From Lama guanicoe (taxonomy: Eukaryota), in NCBI GenBank assembly GCA_013239625.1, contig MU053881.1:12972879-13036878 (forward strand): a stretch of DNA of 64,000 bases. Direction: 5' to 3'. Below, piece by piece: positions 36,841-50,570 of the stretch. The notes beneath the pieces are model-generated. The model worked only from the letters and a program-made list of their open reading frames with translations, was not told the origin of the DNA and did no database searches. The position numbers and the translations under genes were made by a program. Within the stretch, counting starts at the first letter, position 1. The number at the start of each line of letters is the position of its first letter.

Positions 36841-39800
36841 GTGGCACAACTGAGGTTTTATAAATAGTTAAATATGACTTGTGCTGGAATTGAGATCTGA
36901 ATAAAAGTGAAAAAAGATTGTAAGAAATGCAACCAGAGAAGTGATCATGTTTCTGATCTTGAAGGGTCATGGTGACTGTGAAACCTCTCAAAGAATAATG
37001 CCTGCCAACAGATGGCCTCTGGAATGGGAGCTCTTTGGAACGTGACAAAAGTCCTCTCCATCCTGCTATTTAATTTTGTATCACACATCCTTGTCATGCA
37101 CAGCACTCATCAAAACTATAGTTTTACAGTTGGTTATTGTTAGTTCATCCAACTGTGACTTCGGTGGGAACAGGGCATGAGTCTGTCTTCGACACTGCTG
37201 TAGCCTTCGGGGCGTGGCACAGCTTTGGGCATACAGGGAAGAGGTCAATACAAATTTGTAAATTCGCTACATAAATGTTAGTCATCACCAAGCCAAGGGC
37301 AGCATATAACTTTGAAAAGAATTCCTTGCCAAGGGTGTGGGACTTCCACTCTTAGAGACCGAAAGCATGTGAGCCATCAAGATTATTGAAAACAAATGCC
37401 ATTTTATGTCTGCTTTAAAGCAATCGAATTCCACTTGGTCAGTGAGCATGCCCTTGTAAAATTCACTGTATAGCTATATTTTTCACTTATATCCTGAGAG
37501 GCACTTAATAGTTATATTATTAAGAATTTATAAAAACTGGAAATTAGTCTATTGAATGTCTTGGGTTGATGGAACCTATATTTTGAGGACCTCTGTCTAG
37601 CTATAATATTTTATTAAAACAGCCTTCAGTCCTTAGTGACCAAGTCTTTCATTCCATAGAAATGATGAGATCTCTAAGAGGAATGGTGGGTTATAAATTC
37701 TCTGCTCCTGTTAGAAAGTGGAAGCCTTCTTCTGAAGGTGCTACTACAATGCTTAATTTCAGGTAAGATGAACCTGAGAGTTGAGAAGAACGTTTGTTTT
37801 TAGGTTATAGTGTCCATCATTGGAAATCTGAGTCTCCTAAAATGGGACTGTTTTGCTACAAGCATCTCCTCTAAAGCAAGCACTTGGAGCATCTGGAGTG
37901 GGCAGATGATCATCTCAATATTGTGAGTTTATTACAAAGAGCTGAACTGCCAAAAATGTAGAGAGGACACAAGAATTTTGGCTCCAAAGAATGTCTGTCT
38001 CTCTAATATTATTTATATATCCCCCCCCAGATCACACAGATTAATAATAATTGCCTATCTATCAACTGAATTGTTAACATTTCATTAAATGGATCTTTGA
38101 AAATGCAAAATCATGAAGCCAGTGAAGATTTTTTTTATGATTTTACATAAGAAAGCTTATGACTTTACAGTGTGAGAATTGAAAATAAGACAGACATCCA
38201 AAATGGTATAAAAACTGTCAATAATTGTGAAGAATATGGTATTTTGCCCTACTTGCCATCTAACTAGTAAGCCTATTACATTTTTATAGATCATGACAAA
38301 GGACAAAAGACTCTTCCTCATGGCACAGCAGGTGGATTGAGCTTCAGCCCTGGCTTCAGTTCCCTTCATCCCTGCCTCCCTCGTTCTCTAAGTGCGATTC
38401 AGAGGAAGACCCAGATGGGTGCAGTACATCCAGTGAATTTGTGTCACTGCTAAGAACCCAAGTGTAGGAAATGACAATCTTATAAAAGGGCTGCTGACAA
38501 ACGTTTCCAACTTTGGCCCTAAAAGGAGATACGACTTTTATTATCCTGATTTGGAGATACATCGGCCCTCTGCTTTACAAGGAGATACTTTCTCTATCTT
38601 CCAATGCTGTTTGCTGTACAAATATTCTTGAAAAGATTGGAACAGAAGGTGTCAATGCCTTTTGATAAAATGTGCAGAAATCCAAGAGAGACACAAGGAA
38701 GAACTTTCTCCCAACTACAGTACTGTAAGCTTAAGTGTCTTTTCTTTTAAAAATGAATATGTATATTTTTATAGCTTACATATTAATGTGTAAGAGTTTC
38801 TACTTTACTGTATCACTACTGTATTATAAGAAAGACAAGGACACTGAAACTTAGCTATATAGAAAAACCAGGGAAACAGTGAGCTGAAGAGAAGGCTATA
38901 ACTAGATTTCAAGAAGCCTTAGTTCTGTTATCCCCACTTCCCCTTCAGTAGTGAAATGATTATGCAGGTAATGCAGACACTACTCCGGTTCGGTGAGCAC
39001 TTGCTAGGTCCTGGGTAAGCGTTTACAGACTGTGTAATTTCATATTGCTAACTATAAGAAGTACAATAAAATATTTTATCTGTACTTAAAATAAATGATG
39101 GGTTAATTGAGCTCAAAGATTAAGTATACCACTCATATTTTATGAATCTTCCTCACTATCTCAGTCTTTTCGACTCACTGCAAGAGACAACATAGATGAC
39201 ATATTCCTTTGAGAATACAGAGATAACAAATTGCCATGAAGATACTGGAAGCTGAATGACAGTTTGTGTTACCCAAGCTGTGAAGTACCCCACCCTCTCC
39301 CACTCAGGAAAGGGTACCATAAGTAGTTGAAAGTGACCTTCTAATGAAGATAATTTTGAATCCATCTAAGTCATTCACAGTATTTGTTACTTCACAAGAA
39401 GTATCAAGCTACCTCTGGAACACATTAAAACTGAATATGGTGTTTCAGTGAGTTGTAACTCTGTAATTAAGTTCCTCTCCCAGTGAATGATGAGATAAGA
39501 AATATAATAACATAGAACCATGATTAGGTAGGTACATATGTGGTTATAATTTTTTGGTATATACATTAATATCACAGGCCTCTGATGAAGTAAGGACCTT
39601 CTGACAAGGTAGTATATATGGCGAACCTTTGATTTAATAGTAGGGGAAGGAAGTTAGAAAAGGTAATAAAATTCTAGAAGAGAAAGCTTCCTATTGATGT
39701 AAATGCAAACACACCAGATAGCCCTTCTTCCCACATTTCCTCTTATGTTTTCCTTCCTTTCTTCATCCTTCTTACTGCCCTTCCATTTCTGGAATTATTA

Positions 39801-40019
39801 TAATAAGACAGGATTAGTCTTAAAGCCATTAAGTTGAGGCAGAGTTGGGTATTTGAGACCGAGTGGAGGAAGGAGGCTGTCCACGTAGGAGTTCTACACA
39901 GTGTGAAGTCTTCGTGCCCAAGTGGGGACAGGAGGCCACGTAGGCCAGTCAGAGGCAGCGGCGGGGCCGGGGGCGGTTATGAGGGTGATTGACTAACACG
40001 CACATCAAGGAGAATGGAC

Positions 40020-40830
40020 GTCAGGCTCCTTACTGTCAGAGGATGGAACTACAGATACGGAAAGGAGAAAAGTGAAACAAACGCTGTGGTGGTGAATTGG
40101 AATATGAGGTATCAATGTGAATTTATACTATTAATAGATAGAAAATAGAATAAGGAATGGAATGTTTACAGAGTTTGAAAGTACCTTCCCACAAAATGCA
40201 CAAAAATCACAAATATAAAATTATAGTGCTTTTATAGTGGAAAAATGACAACTTTGATAAGGGAAAAGCCTGGCACATGCTACACTAGTCATGTGATCAG
40301 AGCGTACAGCATCAGTGAAGGGGAAAATTAAAACCGCCACCTGACACGGTCAAGTAAGAGGAAGGCAGCGTGGCTTCTGCGCTACTCAGTACTGACGGAG
40401 AGGGAACATCACAGCCTCACATCAAGAGAAACTCTACAAAACAACTGGCCTGTAATCATTTAAAATGACAAATTCGTTTAAGTTACTGAAAGACTGGGGA
40501 ACGACTGCAAACTGAAGACGACTGAAGAGACCTAACAAAAAGCAGTGCATGATGCTGGACTGAGTTCTTGTGCGACTAAGGACATTTTGGGGACACTGAC
40601 AAAACTTGCATGGGATCTACGGATTAGATGGTAGTAATGTATCCGCGTTGATTTCCAAGGTTGATGGATGTGGCGGGGTTAGGTAGGTGGATGTCCTGGT
40701 TTGTAGTTAACACGCACTAAAAGGATGATGGAGTGGGTAAGGCAGCAGGTTGACAATTCAGTCTTAACTTGTTCAGGGAAAAGATGTACCTTGTATTCTG
40801 CTTGCAACTTTTCTGTAGACTTGAGATTTC
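40020..40830 (+). mobile_element. Old L1MC-like 3' UTR
   Basis: tacaaaacaactggcctgtaatc and tgtaccttgtattctgcttgcaacttttctgta motifs. Confidence 0.6.
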
Positions 40831-40836
40831 TAAGTA

Positions 40837-41068
40837 CAGTTGAACTTGAAACCACGTGGGCTTGAACTGCACAGGCCCACTTATGCTTTATACTTGGATT
40901 TTTTTCTTTTTTCGGTACATACGTACTACAGTACTACACGATCCAAGGTTGGTTGGCTCCACAGATGATGAACCGTGGATATGGAAGAGCCAGCTGTAGA
41001 GTGATATGTGGGTTTGCAACAGTGCAGGGGTCGCCACCCCTAACCCTTACATTATTCAAGGTCATCTG
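40837..41068. mobile_element. Tigger2-derived MITE (TcMar, Tigger2a_Art-like)
   Basis: TIRs cagttgaacttgaa and ttcaaggtcatctg; TA duplicated at both ends. Confidence 0.8.
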
Positions 41069-41856
41069 TATGTATATGTAAATTAAAAATAATAAATGAA
41101 CAAACAAGTAAATAAGTAAACAAGCATATGTGAGAGAGATTGTTCTCACCAATTAAGGATTAACAGCATGAACTGTCTAAAGGAGATCCAGACACATGTT
41201 AATTTTAGCCTTTAGGCAAAAAAGGGGGATGCTTAGGGCCTAGAAAATACCTAAGACCAGAAAAACAGGTAGACAAAATTATTGACTTGAAATTTAAGTC
41301 ACGAAATAAAAATTAATAAATGTTTAAGTACACATGTTATTTTGTCAACCTCATTAACTGCTAGATTGAGGATTTATAAAATTTTTGCTACATTTTAAAG
41401 CAACTTACAGGTTCAATTTCTCACAGTGAATGATCTCCCAGGCTTGTGCAATAATTGCTAAAGAAGTCAGTCAACCATAAATGAAATGAGTTTCTCAGTG
41501 CCTAGTAATTTCAGACGTAGAATAACAAAAATCCTTTCAAATATTCAGAGCAGAAAATATACTTAATGTGGGATGGAGATATTTTAATAGTGTTCATATG
41601 GCATTCAGTGGGGTCTCCACAGGCCTAAAACTGGCCTTCCCAAAGCCACCTGGAGGGTGGTTTGATACATGTTAATTAGACAATGTGTCTGTTGGTCAAG
41701 AAGGAAAATTCTAATATCTTTCTTGGAAGAACCTGACAAAAATATAAGAAATATGGAATTTTTGGAATGAACGGTCTCTTTAAAAGGGTAGCTATTCCAA
41801 AACGATCCAGGTCACTGCCACATAGAAATAACTCACTTTCTTGAACCTCCTGCTTC

Positions 41857-42427
41857 TGCGTCAGCATCACCAGTGTCAGTGCCCTCTGGCCAGAGACCAC
41901 CAGGAACATGCCTGTAGCTGAACTAGTGGGTTTATTACTTCCTGCAACCAGACGGAGTGCACATTCTGGGAAACCATTAGGTGTCTACCTAAGATGATAG
42001 AAATAACCTATTGAAAGATTTGGGCTTTGGGTAATTTGGAAGAGAATCTGAAAACACAAGGGTTTGCTCTAAATTTGGTGTATCAGAAGGTGGGAGAAAT
42101 TCTATGATTGAGTATTTCCATAAATCCTATTTACATATAAGGGAGATTGGCTTGAGGGTAAAAGACCTAATTATGAAGAAATAACAGTCCCTCATTTTGG
42201 CCAAGAGTGAGAGATGCTTGTTGTTGTGTGAGTTGTACAGTGACCGTGTTTTTCTGTCGCTCTATCCTGACCTCAGAATGACCTTGTCTGATGCTGGTGT
42301 TCTTTGAGACAGTTTATGTTCAACAGAAGAGAAATGTGCTCCAGGTGTGAGCATCAGCCCGCCTGTAATAACACTGGGGCTACCTGTGAGCGTCAGGCAA
42401 GTCCCCCGATGTCAGTTTTCTTTCTCA
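41857..42427 (-). mobile_element. ERV1 solo LTR (MER90/MER110-like)
   Basis: tgcgtcagcatcaccagtgtc...gggtttatt...tttctca. Confidence 0.65.
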
Positions 42428-42469
42428 CAATTCTGGGCAGGACTTTCCTGTTTCAAAAATAAATAATAT

Positions 42470-42600
42470 GCACAAGGAAGATAACCAATATTTTGTAATA
42501 ACTTTAAATGGAGTAAAATCTATACAAATCTCAAATCTCTATGCTGTATGTCCAAAACTAATAAAACATTATAAGTCAGCTGTACTTCAATTTAAAAAAA
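42470..42600 (+). mobile_element. Short L1 3' end (artiodactyl type)
   Basis: ccaatattttgtaataactttaaatggagt...tacttcaatttaaaaaaa. Confidence 0.7.
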
Positions 42601-42689
42601 GTAAATGCTTTACTGAATAAGCTTCCAGTCTCTTCCCTGTTCACTATTCATCTTAATCATTATTTCTGCTTTTCAGGGTGTTTTGTTAG

Positions 42690-42920
42690 AACTGGAATGT
42701 TGTGAACAGAAGCATAGGCTCTGTAGGGGTCTGACTGTCTTGGTTGGCAGTAAGAATCTGCCTCCTCTTGGTTCTGTGCATTTGAGCACCCTACTTCACA
42801 TTGCTAAGCCTCAGGTCCTTTATCTGTAAAACGGGATTAACAACTTTGTAAGACTGCTTAAATGATGTTAGGTATGTAAAGTGCTTACCATAGCGTCTGA
42901 CGGAGTGAACGTTCAGTAAA
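42690..42920 (+). mobile_element. MIR
   Basis: ctaagcctcaggtcctttatctgtaaaacggg...taaagtgcttacca. Confidence 0.6.
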
Positions 42921-43889
42921 AGCTCTTACGATCACTCTTGTTGCAGACTCACTAGTCATCATCCTGCTAAGCCCCGAATCCAACCTCAACTCAGTCATTC
43001 AACAAATACTTATTCATTTCTTACAATTTTAGGCACTGAGAATATAGTCTTGAACTTTCAGGGACCTTACTTTCTAACAAAGGAGACGAGCAACCAGCAA
43101 AACAACAGCTAAGAGATAAGATGCTTATGTAATAACAAAAATAACAGAGAATGTCTGCAGTGGTCACAAGGAGGTGAATGTTTAAGCAAAAGTAGGGATA
43201 ACTGGAAGAAATCAGCTGTACCTATGTCTACGAAAACCGCTTACAGCTTACCAGAGGAAACAGAATAAGGGACTTAAGATCCCAACGAGGTTCCCCTATT
43301 CAGCGATCCCCTAAAATGCTGCCGTTTGATCTTTTCTTGCATAAAAATGGAATTTGAACTAGTCATTAAGAGTCTTCTTTGGAATTGATATCGTAGCAAG
43401 AACAGTATTGGTATTTACTCAGTTCTAGGATTTTATCATGTGTACAAGGTATCATTGGTATAGAAATAGCTTCTGAAAAAGAGTAGAATCATGGGTCCAA
43501 CAACTGTACACGTTCATTTATAAGACAGTCCACTCAGAGAAACATCAACATGTGAGGGGGGGAAGTTTCTTTGAACCAATGAATTACTACTGTCTGTTTA
43601 AAAACGACACATCTTTGTTATATGAATGACTGTTTAAGGTTGAGATTGGAAACTTGTATTAATGAAGTTTCCAGAATGAAAGCTCAATTTCTTAATGTTA
43701 TTTTAAAATTTTCTAAGTTTTTGTTTGTTTGTTTGTTTTTACACTTTATGTAGTGGGAGAGCCTGGACTCTAAGCTAAATTATCTGACTTCTAACAAGAG
43801 ATCTTTTACCACGTGCTTACATACCTCTACTTCAGGGGTATTTTTTTTTCAGCACAGACCTCATACTCACATTTACTCTTCACTTAATG

Positions 43890-44515
43890 CTCAGAGTGAT
43901 CATTCTTTAAAATATGTAACTATTTTCAAAACATGTAGCTTCTCTGCTTAAACGTTTGATAGCTTCCGGCTCCCCTTAGGATAAGGTACAAAAATTTTAA
44001 CATGCTTTGGATAGTTCAGTCTGTTTCCAGATGATCAATTATCTGCTTGCTCACCAGGCTTCAGGACTTCTTTCAAATTTCAGACTTGCTGAGTTCTTTT
44101 TCTCCTCACAGGGACATCTGCACAAAGCTGGTCATTTTTCTGGCCTGTAAAGGCCTCTACTTTGTTCCCATCGCTACTCATTTTTTCCCTAGCAAGTCCC
44201 TATTGATCCCCCATGTAAGTGTTTAAATGCCGTTTCCTTAGAGAATGACTTTCCTGATAGCCATCCCTTGCCCTCAGTAGGTGAATCTCTCAAAAATCAT
44301 GTGCTTCTTCAAGGATTGAAAGAGCCTGTGTTTAGATACTTCATTAAATTGTTTAGTAACTGCCTCCTCCTCCAGTTAGCTCCTTCAGCTCCTGCAGGAC
44401 ATTCGTCATATCTGCATCAGTCAACGGTGAATCTCAAGGGCCTAGCACAGTGCTTGGCACTCATTAGGCACCGAAATACAGATTTCTTAAATGACTAAAT
44501 GAATGAACTAATGAA
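43890..44515 (+). mobile_element. L2 3' part
   Basis: gcctagcacagtgcttggcac...aatgaatgaa tail. Confidence 0.65.
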
Positions 44516-47247
44516 CCAAGGGACAAACTTACAGACATAAGAAAATCCTAGGAACATTCCTTTTGGGCTCAATAGAAGCTACAGACGTAACACCGTAAAT
44601 AGTTTTGTTATGATAATGTAAATGTGGATTTATATTTTAATGCTTTAAGGTTGATTTATTTTGAAATAACATCTGGAGCTTTTTGAACCCTTGAGATAGA
44701 GCAGTGTCTAACCACATTTGTCCTACAAATGAGGCTGTTCTCCAGTCTTCTCCCTGGAGCAGGATGACATAACAAAGGCACCGTCTCTGGCTGTAACAAG
44801 CTTGCAACTTCTACAGAGACCGCCTTATTAAAATGCTGTTTCTCCACTAATCAGCAAAAGATGATTCGGAACACTGAGATTCCAACATGAAATACAAATT
44901 CCTTTGTTTTCTTTTTTTGTTGTTAGCGTGCAGCAGAACTGGTAAGAACGAAGAACAGTTCCTTCCTTTAAAGATCTCACTTACCTTTTGTGAACCAATC
45001 AACAGGGACAGGGTCAGTGAAACAGTGAAGATGTTTACTTGCACCAGTGTGTGTGCATGTGATCCTAGTTATTAGAAAAAAAAAATTAGAGAACATGGAC
45101 AGGACTGTGACTTGGCCAGTTTTGCCTGGACTTAACTAACCTAGTTTTCTAGAAAATCTTGGCATCCATAGCTTTTGTGACAGAATCCACAATATCATTC
45201 TTCCCAGAGATTAGCTGGATGCCACTAAACATTGTTAATTTCCATTTGGTGAATAAAATAACACAAGGCGAGAGGTCTCTGGGTACCACTGATGATAAAA
45301 GGATCTAAGGCATTCTTATTAAAAGGTGAAAATCAAATACCAGTGGGTGGTGTTGGCATACACATTGCTTTAAAGGGCAAAATCTGCTGCTTCTCTCAGA
45401 TTTGGCCGAGGCAGTTACCTTGATTACATCAGGTTTAATGAAAGGCCAGGCATTCGAATCTGTCCATTGTTTGAGTTCTTCGCATCTTCTAGGTTTCAAC
45501 TCAAAAAATCGCCTGAGCCAATGGTTTATCACCTTGGCACACTGGACCTTCTTCCAGCTCTTATCTTGACCTCATAGCAAACGTTACTTTCCCAAAGTGG
45601 CCGTGCTTAATGGCTATTTATCTCAGCTAAGTTCCCCTTCAGCATTATTTTCTGTTTAGATACTTTCATTTATGGTATGTATCACAATTTGTTTTTAATC
45701 TTATGTATCATAAGGCTATGGACCATGTTCACCATTTTTTCCCTGCATCTCTATACGTCTACAATTCCTAAAAAAGAACCAAGCACGGAATAAGTGCTCG
45801 AAAAATGTTGAATGAAAAGACTATCTGATTAACTAATTTATTTCTTTCTGAACAATAAGTGTATATCCTCTGATTGACAAATTAAACGTATATTAATTTT
45901 ATTCTTATTAAACAGGTAGAAAACTGAGACTTGAAGGAATTACATGACTTGCCTTACAGTCTTTCAGCTAGTAAGGGAGAAATGGAATTTGAACCCAGAA
46001 GTTTTAATTTCGTATCACCGTTCTAATAGTATTTTGCTTACAGTTCCCAGTATTCTGGGAAAGAGTGAAAGAACAGGAAACAATGATTTCTTGCCCCTAT
46101 CCTAAGTGTTGCCCACACTATCTTTCTTGTTGCTAACCGCAGTCCTGGGAGAGATGTACTGTTAATCTCCTTTTCTGCATCCATGTCTGTGAGTTTCAGC
46201 TGAGTAACACACTAGCCTGTGAGGTTTTTAAACTTCTGCATTAACAATCCTGTTTCTCACTTCATAAGCTCTAGTTTGAGACAGTATCTCTGTTTTTTTA
46301 AGTTATACAAGTGATTCTAATGTATAGTTAAGCTTAAAATACTTTGTGTGTGTGAACAAAAGAGGATGAGGTTAAATCATCCAAGGTTACATTCATGAGT
46401 GGTAAATCTGGCACTTGAACGTCAGCCTCCAAATCCCATCTGTTTTTTTTCTACTGTAACATTCTGTATTTCTTCTTTCCTATTAAAATTGATCTTAAAG
46501 CACCCACCAATTTAACACTGTTGCCAACTCTCATTGTCTTCTCCTAGGATTTTATATATCCAAGCAATCCTTGGCAATGATTCTTAACCACACAGAAGGT
46601 CTATATTCCATCCATGAACATGTAGATAAACCCAGGTTAATAACTTTTGACTCAGATGTTTAAATGCTCATAAATTCAATTTTCCATGAGACGATATAAA
46701 GCAACTTTAGCTGATTAAAATGTTCAGATGGGTATTAAAATGTTCCAATTCATATTCCTTCATCCTTTCAATATTTATTTACTGAATATTTATAAACTTC
46801 AAGGTAGTGTACCAAGTGCTAACGATAATGAATAATGTGGAGATACGAATAATAATGAATAAGGTTAACTCCAACCCACCTCTTAAATGGAGTTAGTGTT
46901 ATAGTGGAGGCAAATATACATTTAAGTAAAATTGTATGAGCGCTGCAAAGAGATGAGGAGTGCCAAAGATTACTTGTTAGGGGATTCTGGAGAATGTGGA
47001 CAAAGACTATGAGCTGTTCATTGTATTTGCTGGGAGAGAGGATGGAAACGGAAGGAAGGGGAAAGAATTGTCAAAGTGATACCATGATTCAGGTTTGCAC
47101 AGCTGTGTATAGATGGTGATTCATTTACTGAGCTGAGTAACAGTGGAAGAATGTCATATTTATGTGACAAAATGGAAAAAACTGTCAAGGAGAGGTATGT
47201 ACTTAATGATTTCGGGATGTCTCTGAGGTGTTCAAGTTAGAATATAA

Positions 47248-47508
47248 ATTAAATGAGGGTGTAAGGGCCATGATCTAATAGGATTAGTGTCTTGACAAGA
47301 TGAGACACCAGAGAACTTGCTCTCTCTTTCTCATGTGAGGACACACGAGGTGGCTGTCTGCAAGCCAGGAAGAGAGCCTTCACCAGAACCTGATCATGCT
47401 GGCATCCTGATCTCAGACTTCCAGCCTCTAGTACTGTGAGGAAATAAAATTTCTTTGGTTTAAGCCACCATCTACGGTATTTTGTTACGGCAACTCGAGC
47501 AGACTAAT
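47248..47508 (+). mobile_element. MLT1A-like LTR (3' part)
   Basis: ctgatctcagacttccagcctc...aataaa...gcagactaa. Confidence 0.8.
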
Positions 47509-47863
47509 TAATATAAAGACAAAAACTTCACTGATACTCTGTTCCAAGCCTCTGCTTGCACCAAGTATGCTATTACCCATTGGCCGAAGCAAGTTAAATA
47601 GCCACCTCAAGATTCCAGGTGGCAGAGATCCCCAGAATTGCAGAGAGGACATTCATTGGAGCCATTTATACAACAAACCCAACAGAGAGGGCAAAGTGGA
47701 GGGGGATGTTTGGGTAGAATGGGCAGAGTGTAATTCATTCAGCATGGATCACAGGAGAACTTAGCTGATAACAGAAATACATTCATAGGTTTAGTCTGTA
47801 GTGAGTTGTACTAATCAAATTTGTGATAGGTTTCTTTTTTTTCCAGAAATGCTAAATTACCTG

Positions 47864-48232
47864 ATATATTAGTCAGCTGGGGCTGCCATAAAATGCCATA
47901 GATTGAGTAGCTTAAGCAACAGAAATTTATTTTCTCACAGTTCTGGAGGCTGGAACTGGGCCATCAGGGTGCCAGCATGATGAGAGCCCTCTTCCTAGCT
48001 TGCAGACAGCCGCCTTCTCGCTGTGTGTTCACGTGACCTTTCCGCAGGTATGCGCGTGGAGACAAAGAATGTCTCTCCTTCCTCTTCTTATACCAGTCCT
48101 GTTGGATTAGGGCCTCACACTTAGGACCTCATTTAAACCTAATGACCTCTTCAAAGCTCTGTGTCTAAATGCAGTCCTATTGGGGGTTAGGGCTTCATCA
48201 TAAGAATTTGGAGGGAAAGTGGTACAGCGCAG
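47864..48232 (-). mobile_element. MLT1A-like LTR
   Basis: caacagaaatttattttctcacagttctggaggctgg...gggggttagggcttca. Confidence 0.8.
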
Positions 48233-50094
48233 AGTACAGAAAATAGGAGACATGTTGTTTTTAATTTGGGGCTTTTTCTTTGCTTTTTCGAGAGTTTTCC
48301 CAGATGATGATGAAAGGACAGAGGTACAGTGGAATTAGTGTTATCTGCTAGAGAACATTTAAAATACAGACTGAAAACAGAGGCAGTGGTAAAGCAATCA
48401 AGCTGAAAAGACCTAGGTTAGGCTATGAGGATGCATGATTTGGGAAGGAGATTTGGCCTTGGTGATGACAAGATTCAGGGTATATTCATGGACATGAACC
48501 ATGGAGGAGGTTGGGCAAATATTGGAGAGGAGGAGGTAACGCAACCGAGAAGCAAGTATGTGGAAAGGTTGTACCTGTGTGTACAGACATGGACATGTAC
48601 AGGGCATCACCCACTCTGATGGCAGAGACCTGAAAGTAGGAAGCCCATGAGGGAAAGAGCATTGTCTGTAATAAATAAAAGAGATGAGTCAGAGAGATGT
48701 GGATAACACCGACTAGGACATTTCGTACATCTTGATTCTTCTGAATAATCAACAGTGAGTTGAACATACTGTCTTAAAAATTATTTATATGAATAATGAC
48801 CTTACAGTTTGCAGGGTACAGCTCCCCTAGCAGTCTCTGTACAATGCAGCAAAGACAAAATACAAAAGGCAGCTGAATTAGATGCTGTTGGTCCTAATTG
48901 TTTTCGGAGTAAATGTTCGGTTTTAGAAGTACTCAAAGAAATGAGATAGGTCAGTTCTTACCTCCAAATTTAAAGCTCTATTCAGATAATGAGCCAAAGG
49001 AAAAGACAAGACTCAGGATGCTTGTCTTGCTGTTACATTGTTTTTTCTAACCTTTCAGCTGACAGATGTCTCATGAATTTTTTTCTCCTCCCCCTACTCT
49101 TCTGCTTTGTGAAGTCAGTCTTCCATTCTCACATCCCTGAGATCTGGAGGGGCTCAGCTGTCCAAGTTACTTTCTGTGTGTTTATGTGGAACCCGTCATT
49201 GTAGTCTTTTTCAAGGAGGCTAACCGTCTTCCAGAAAGATGTCCTCAGTCTTCTCCCCAGCTGGAAAATGCTAAATACAGGAGCAGCCAAGAATAAGGGT
49301 AAAATCCTCTGCCCAGACCATATCCTACCCTTCCTTTACCTGTCTTCACATGCTTCAGTTGGAAATAATAGGACTTACTTTTAAGTGACATGGTTTCTTA
49401 TGGAACTTAAGATATCCTACCTCTTTTTATTTCATTTTCTATGGTTGCACAGAGAAGAAAATTGTGCTGCAGTTGTGGGTGCAGCATAAGGTTTCTCTTC
49501 TATTTGGGAGCCCTTTTCAAAATCCTCTGAGCAAAAATTTGTTTACTTTCTCCCCACTAATATAATAACCATTACTAGGACCTGTACAATAGCAATTAAC
49601 TCACTGTGTCATACCTGCTTCCTCTACTAGATCATGTGCTCTTTGTGGGCAGAGTACTAATCTTAATTTTGAAATGACCCACAAGTTGCACAGCCCTCGG
49701 CAATTCATAACAGGAGGCATTTATTGAATGTTGTTATGTCCCCAAAACTGTCTGAATACTATTATTCATTCGTTTGACTTACTCAAAAAAAAAAGATAGG
49801 TACTATAAATCTAGATTTTACAGATACCAAATTTGAGGCATATTGAGATAAAATTAACTAATCCAAATGGCACAACCCTTAAGACGTATAACCAGAACTC
49901 AAACCCAAAAAGTCTAATTCCATAATCTGTTCTCTTCACCACTGGACTATCACTTAACAAATATTTATTTGACATGAGGCATGTTCCATACCCTGTGTAA
50001 GTCACTGAAAGTCATCCAGTGTATTTGTATTAAAAGGGTTAGAAGCACAAAGTGACTTATGTAAGAGAAAGCACAGGTTGATATTGGAAAGGTG

Positions 50095-50570
50095 ATCATT
50101 TAGGACTTTTTTTAGCTGCAAAGAATGAGAAGTCAAACTAACACTGGCTTAATCCCTAAGGATATTTATTGTTTACGTAAGAAGAAACTCAGAGGTAAGC
50201 AGTGCCAAGGTTACCTTTTGGCTCAGTGTCATCAGTGACCCAGTCTCCTTTGATATTTCTGTCTACCTCCCTCGATGTGACTGTCATAGTCCTCTCACGG
50301 TTTTAAGAAGGCAGCACAGCTTTAAATTAACAATCCCAAGTGTAACTGCATCCAGAGCAGGACAGTAGGAAGGGTATCTTTCTCGCCATTTCCAGCTAAT
50401 TTTGTCCTTCGGTCTCACCAGTTTGGCAGCTGGTAAAGGGGAATAACACTCCTGTGGTTAGATAAGATTGCTCAGGATAGCTAACCACAACAGAACATGG
50501 CTGTCTCAGTTAGAAGGGAAGGAGGGAGGTCGGATGGCTGTGGAGCAGATATAACCATATCTACCATTAA
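50095..50570 (-). mobile_element. Old MLT1 LTR
   Basis: aactaacactggcttaa...atttattg reversed 3' end. Confidence 0.5.

Noticed and set aside
39950..39980. GC-box cluster as a promoter
   Set aside because: Only about 30 bp, next to an old L1 3' UTR, with no CpG island or first-exon evidence.
30389..42427. Two same-family, same-orientation LTRs 11 kb apart as the ends of one provirus
   Set aside because: The interval holds older MIR/L2 elements and no visible gag/pol; the LTRs differ structurally and share no TSD, so they are independent solo LTRs.
44985..45044. LTLSLLIGSQK resembles a vitellogenin signal peptide
   Set aside because: No in-frame ATG, exon layout differs from what I recall for VTG, and no further VTG-like exons were found.
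45180..45360. IHNIIL...QIPVGG similarity to the GREB1 C-terminal domain
   Set aside because: Motif spacing does not agree; likely chance.
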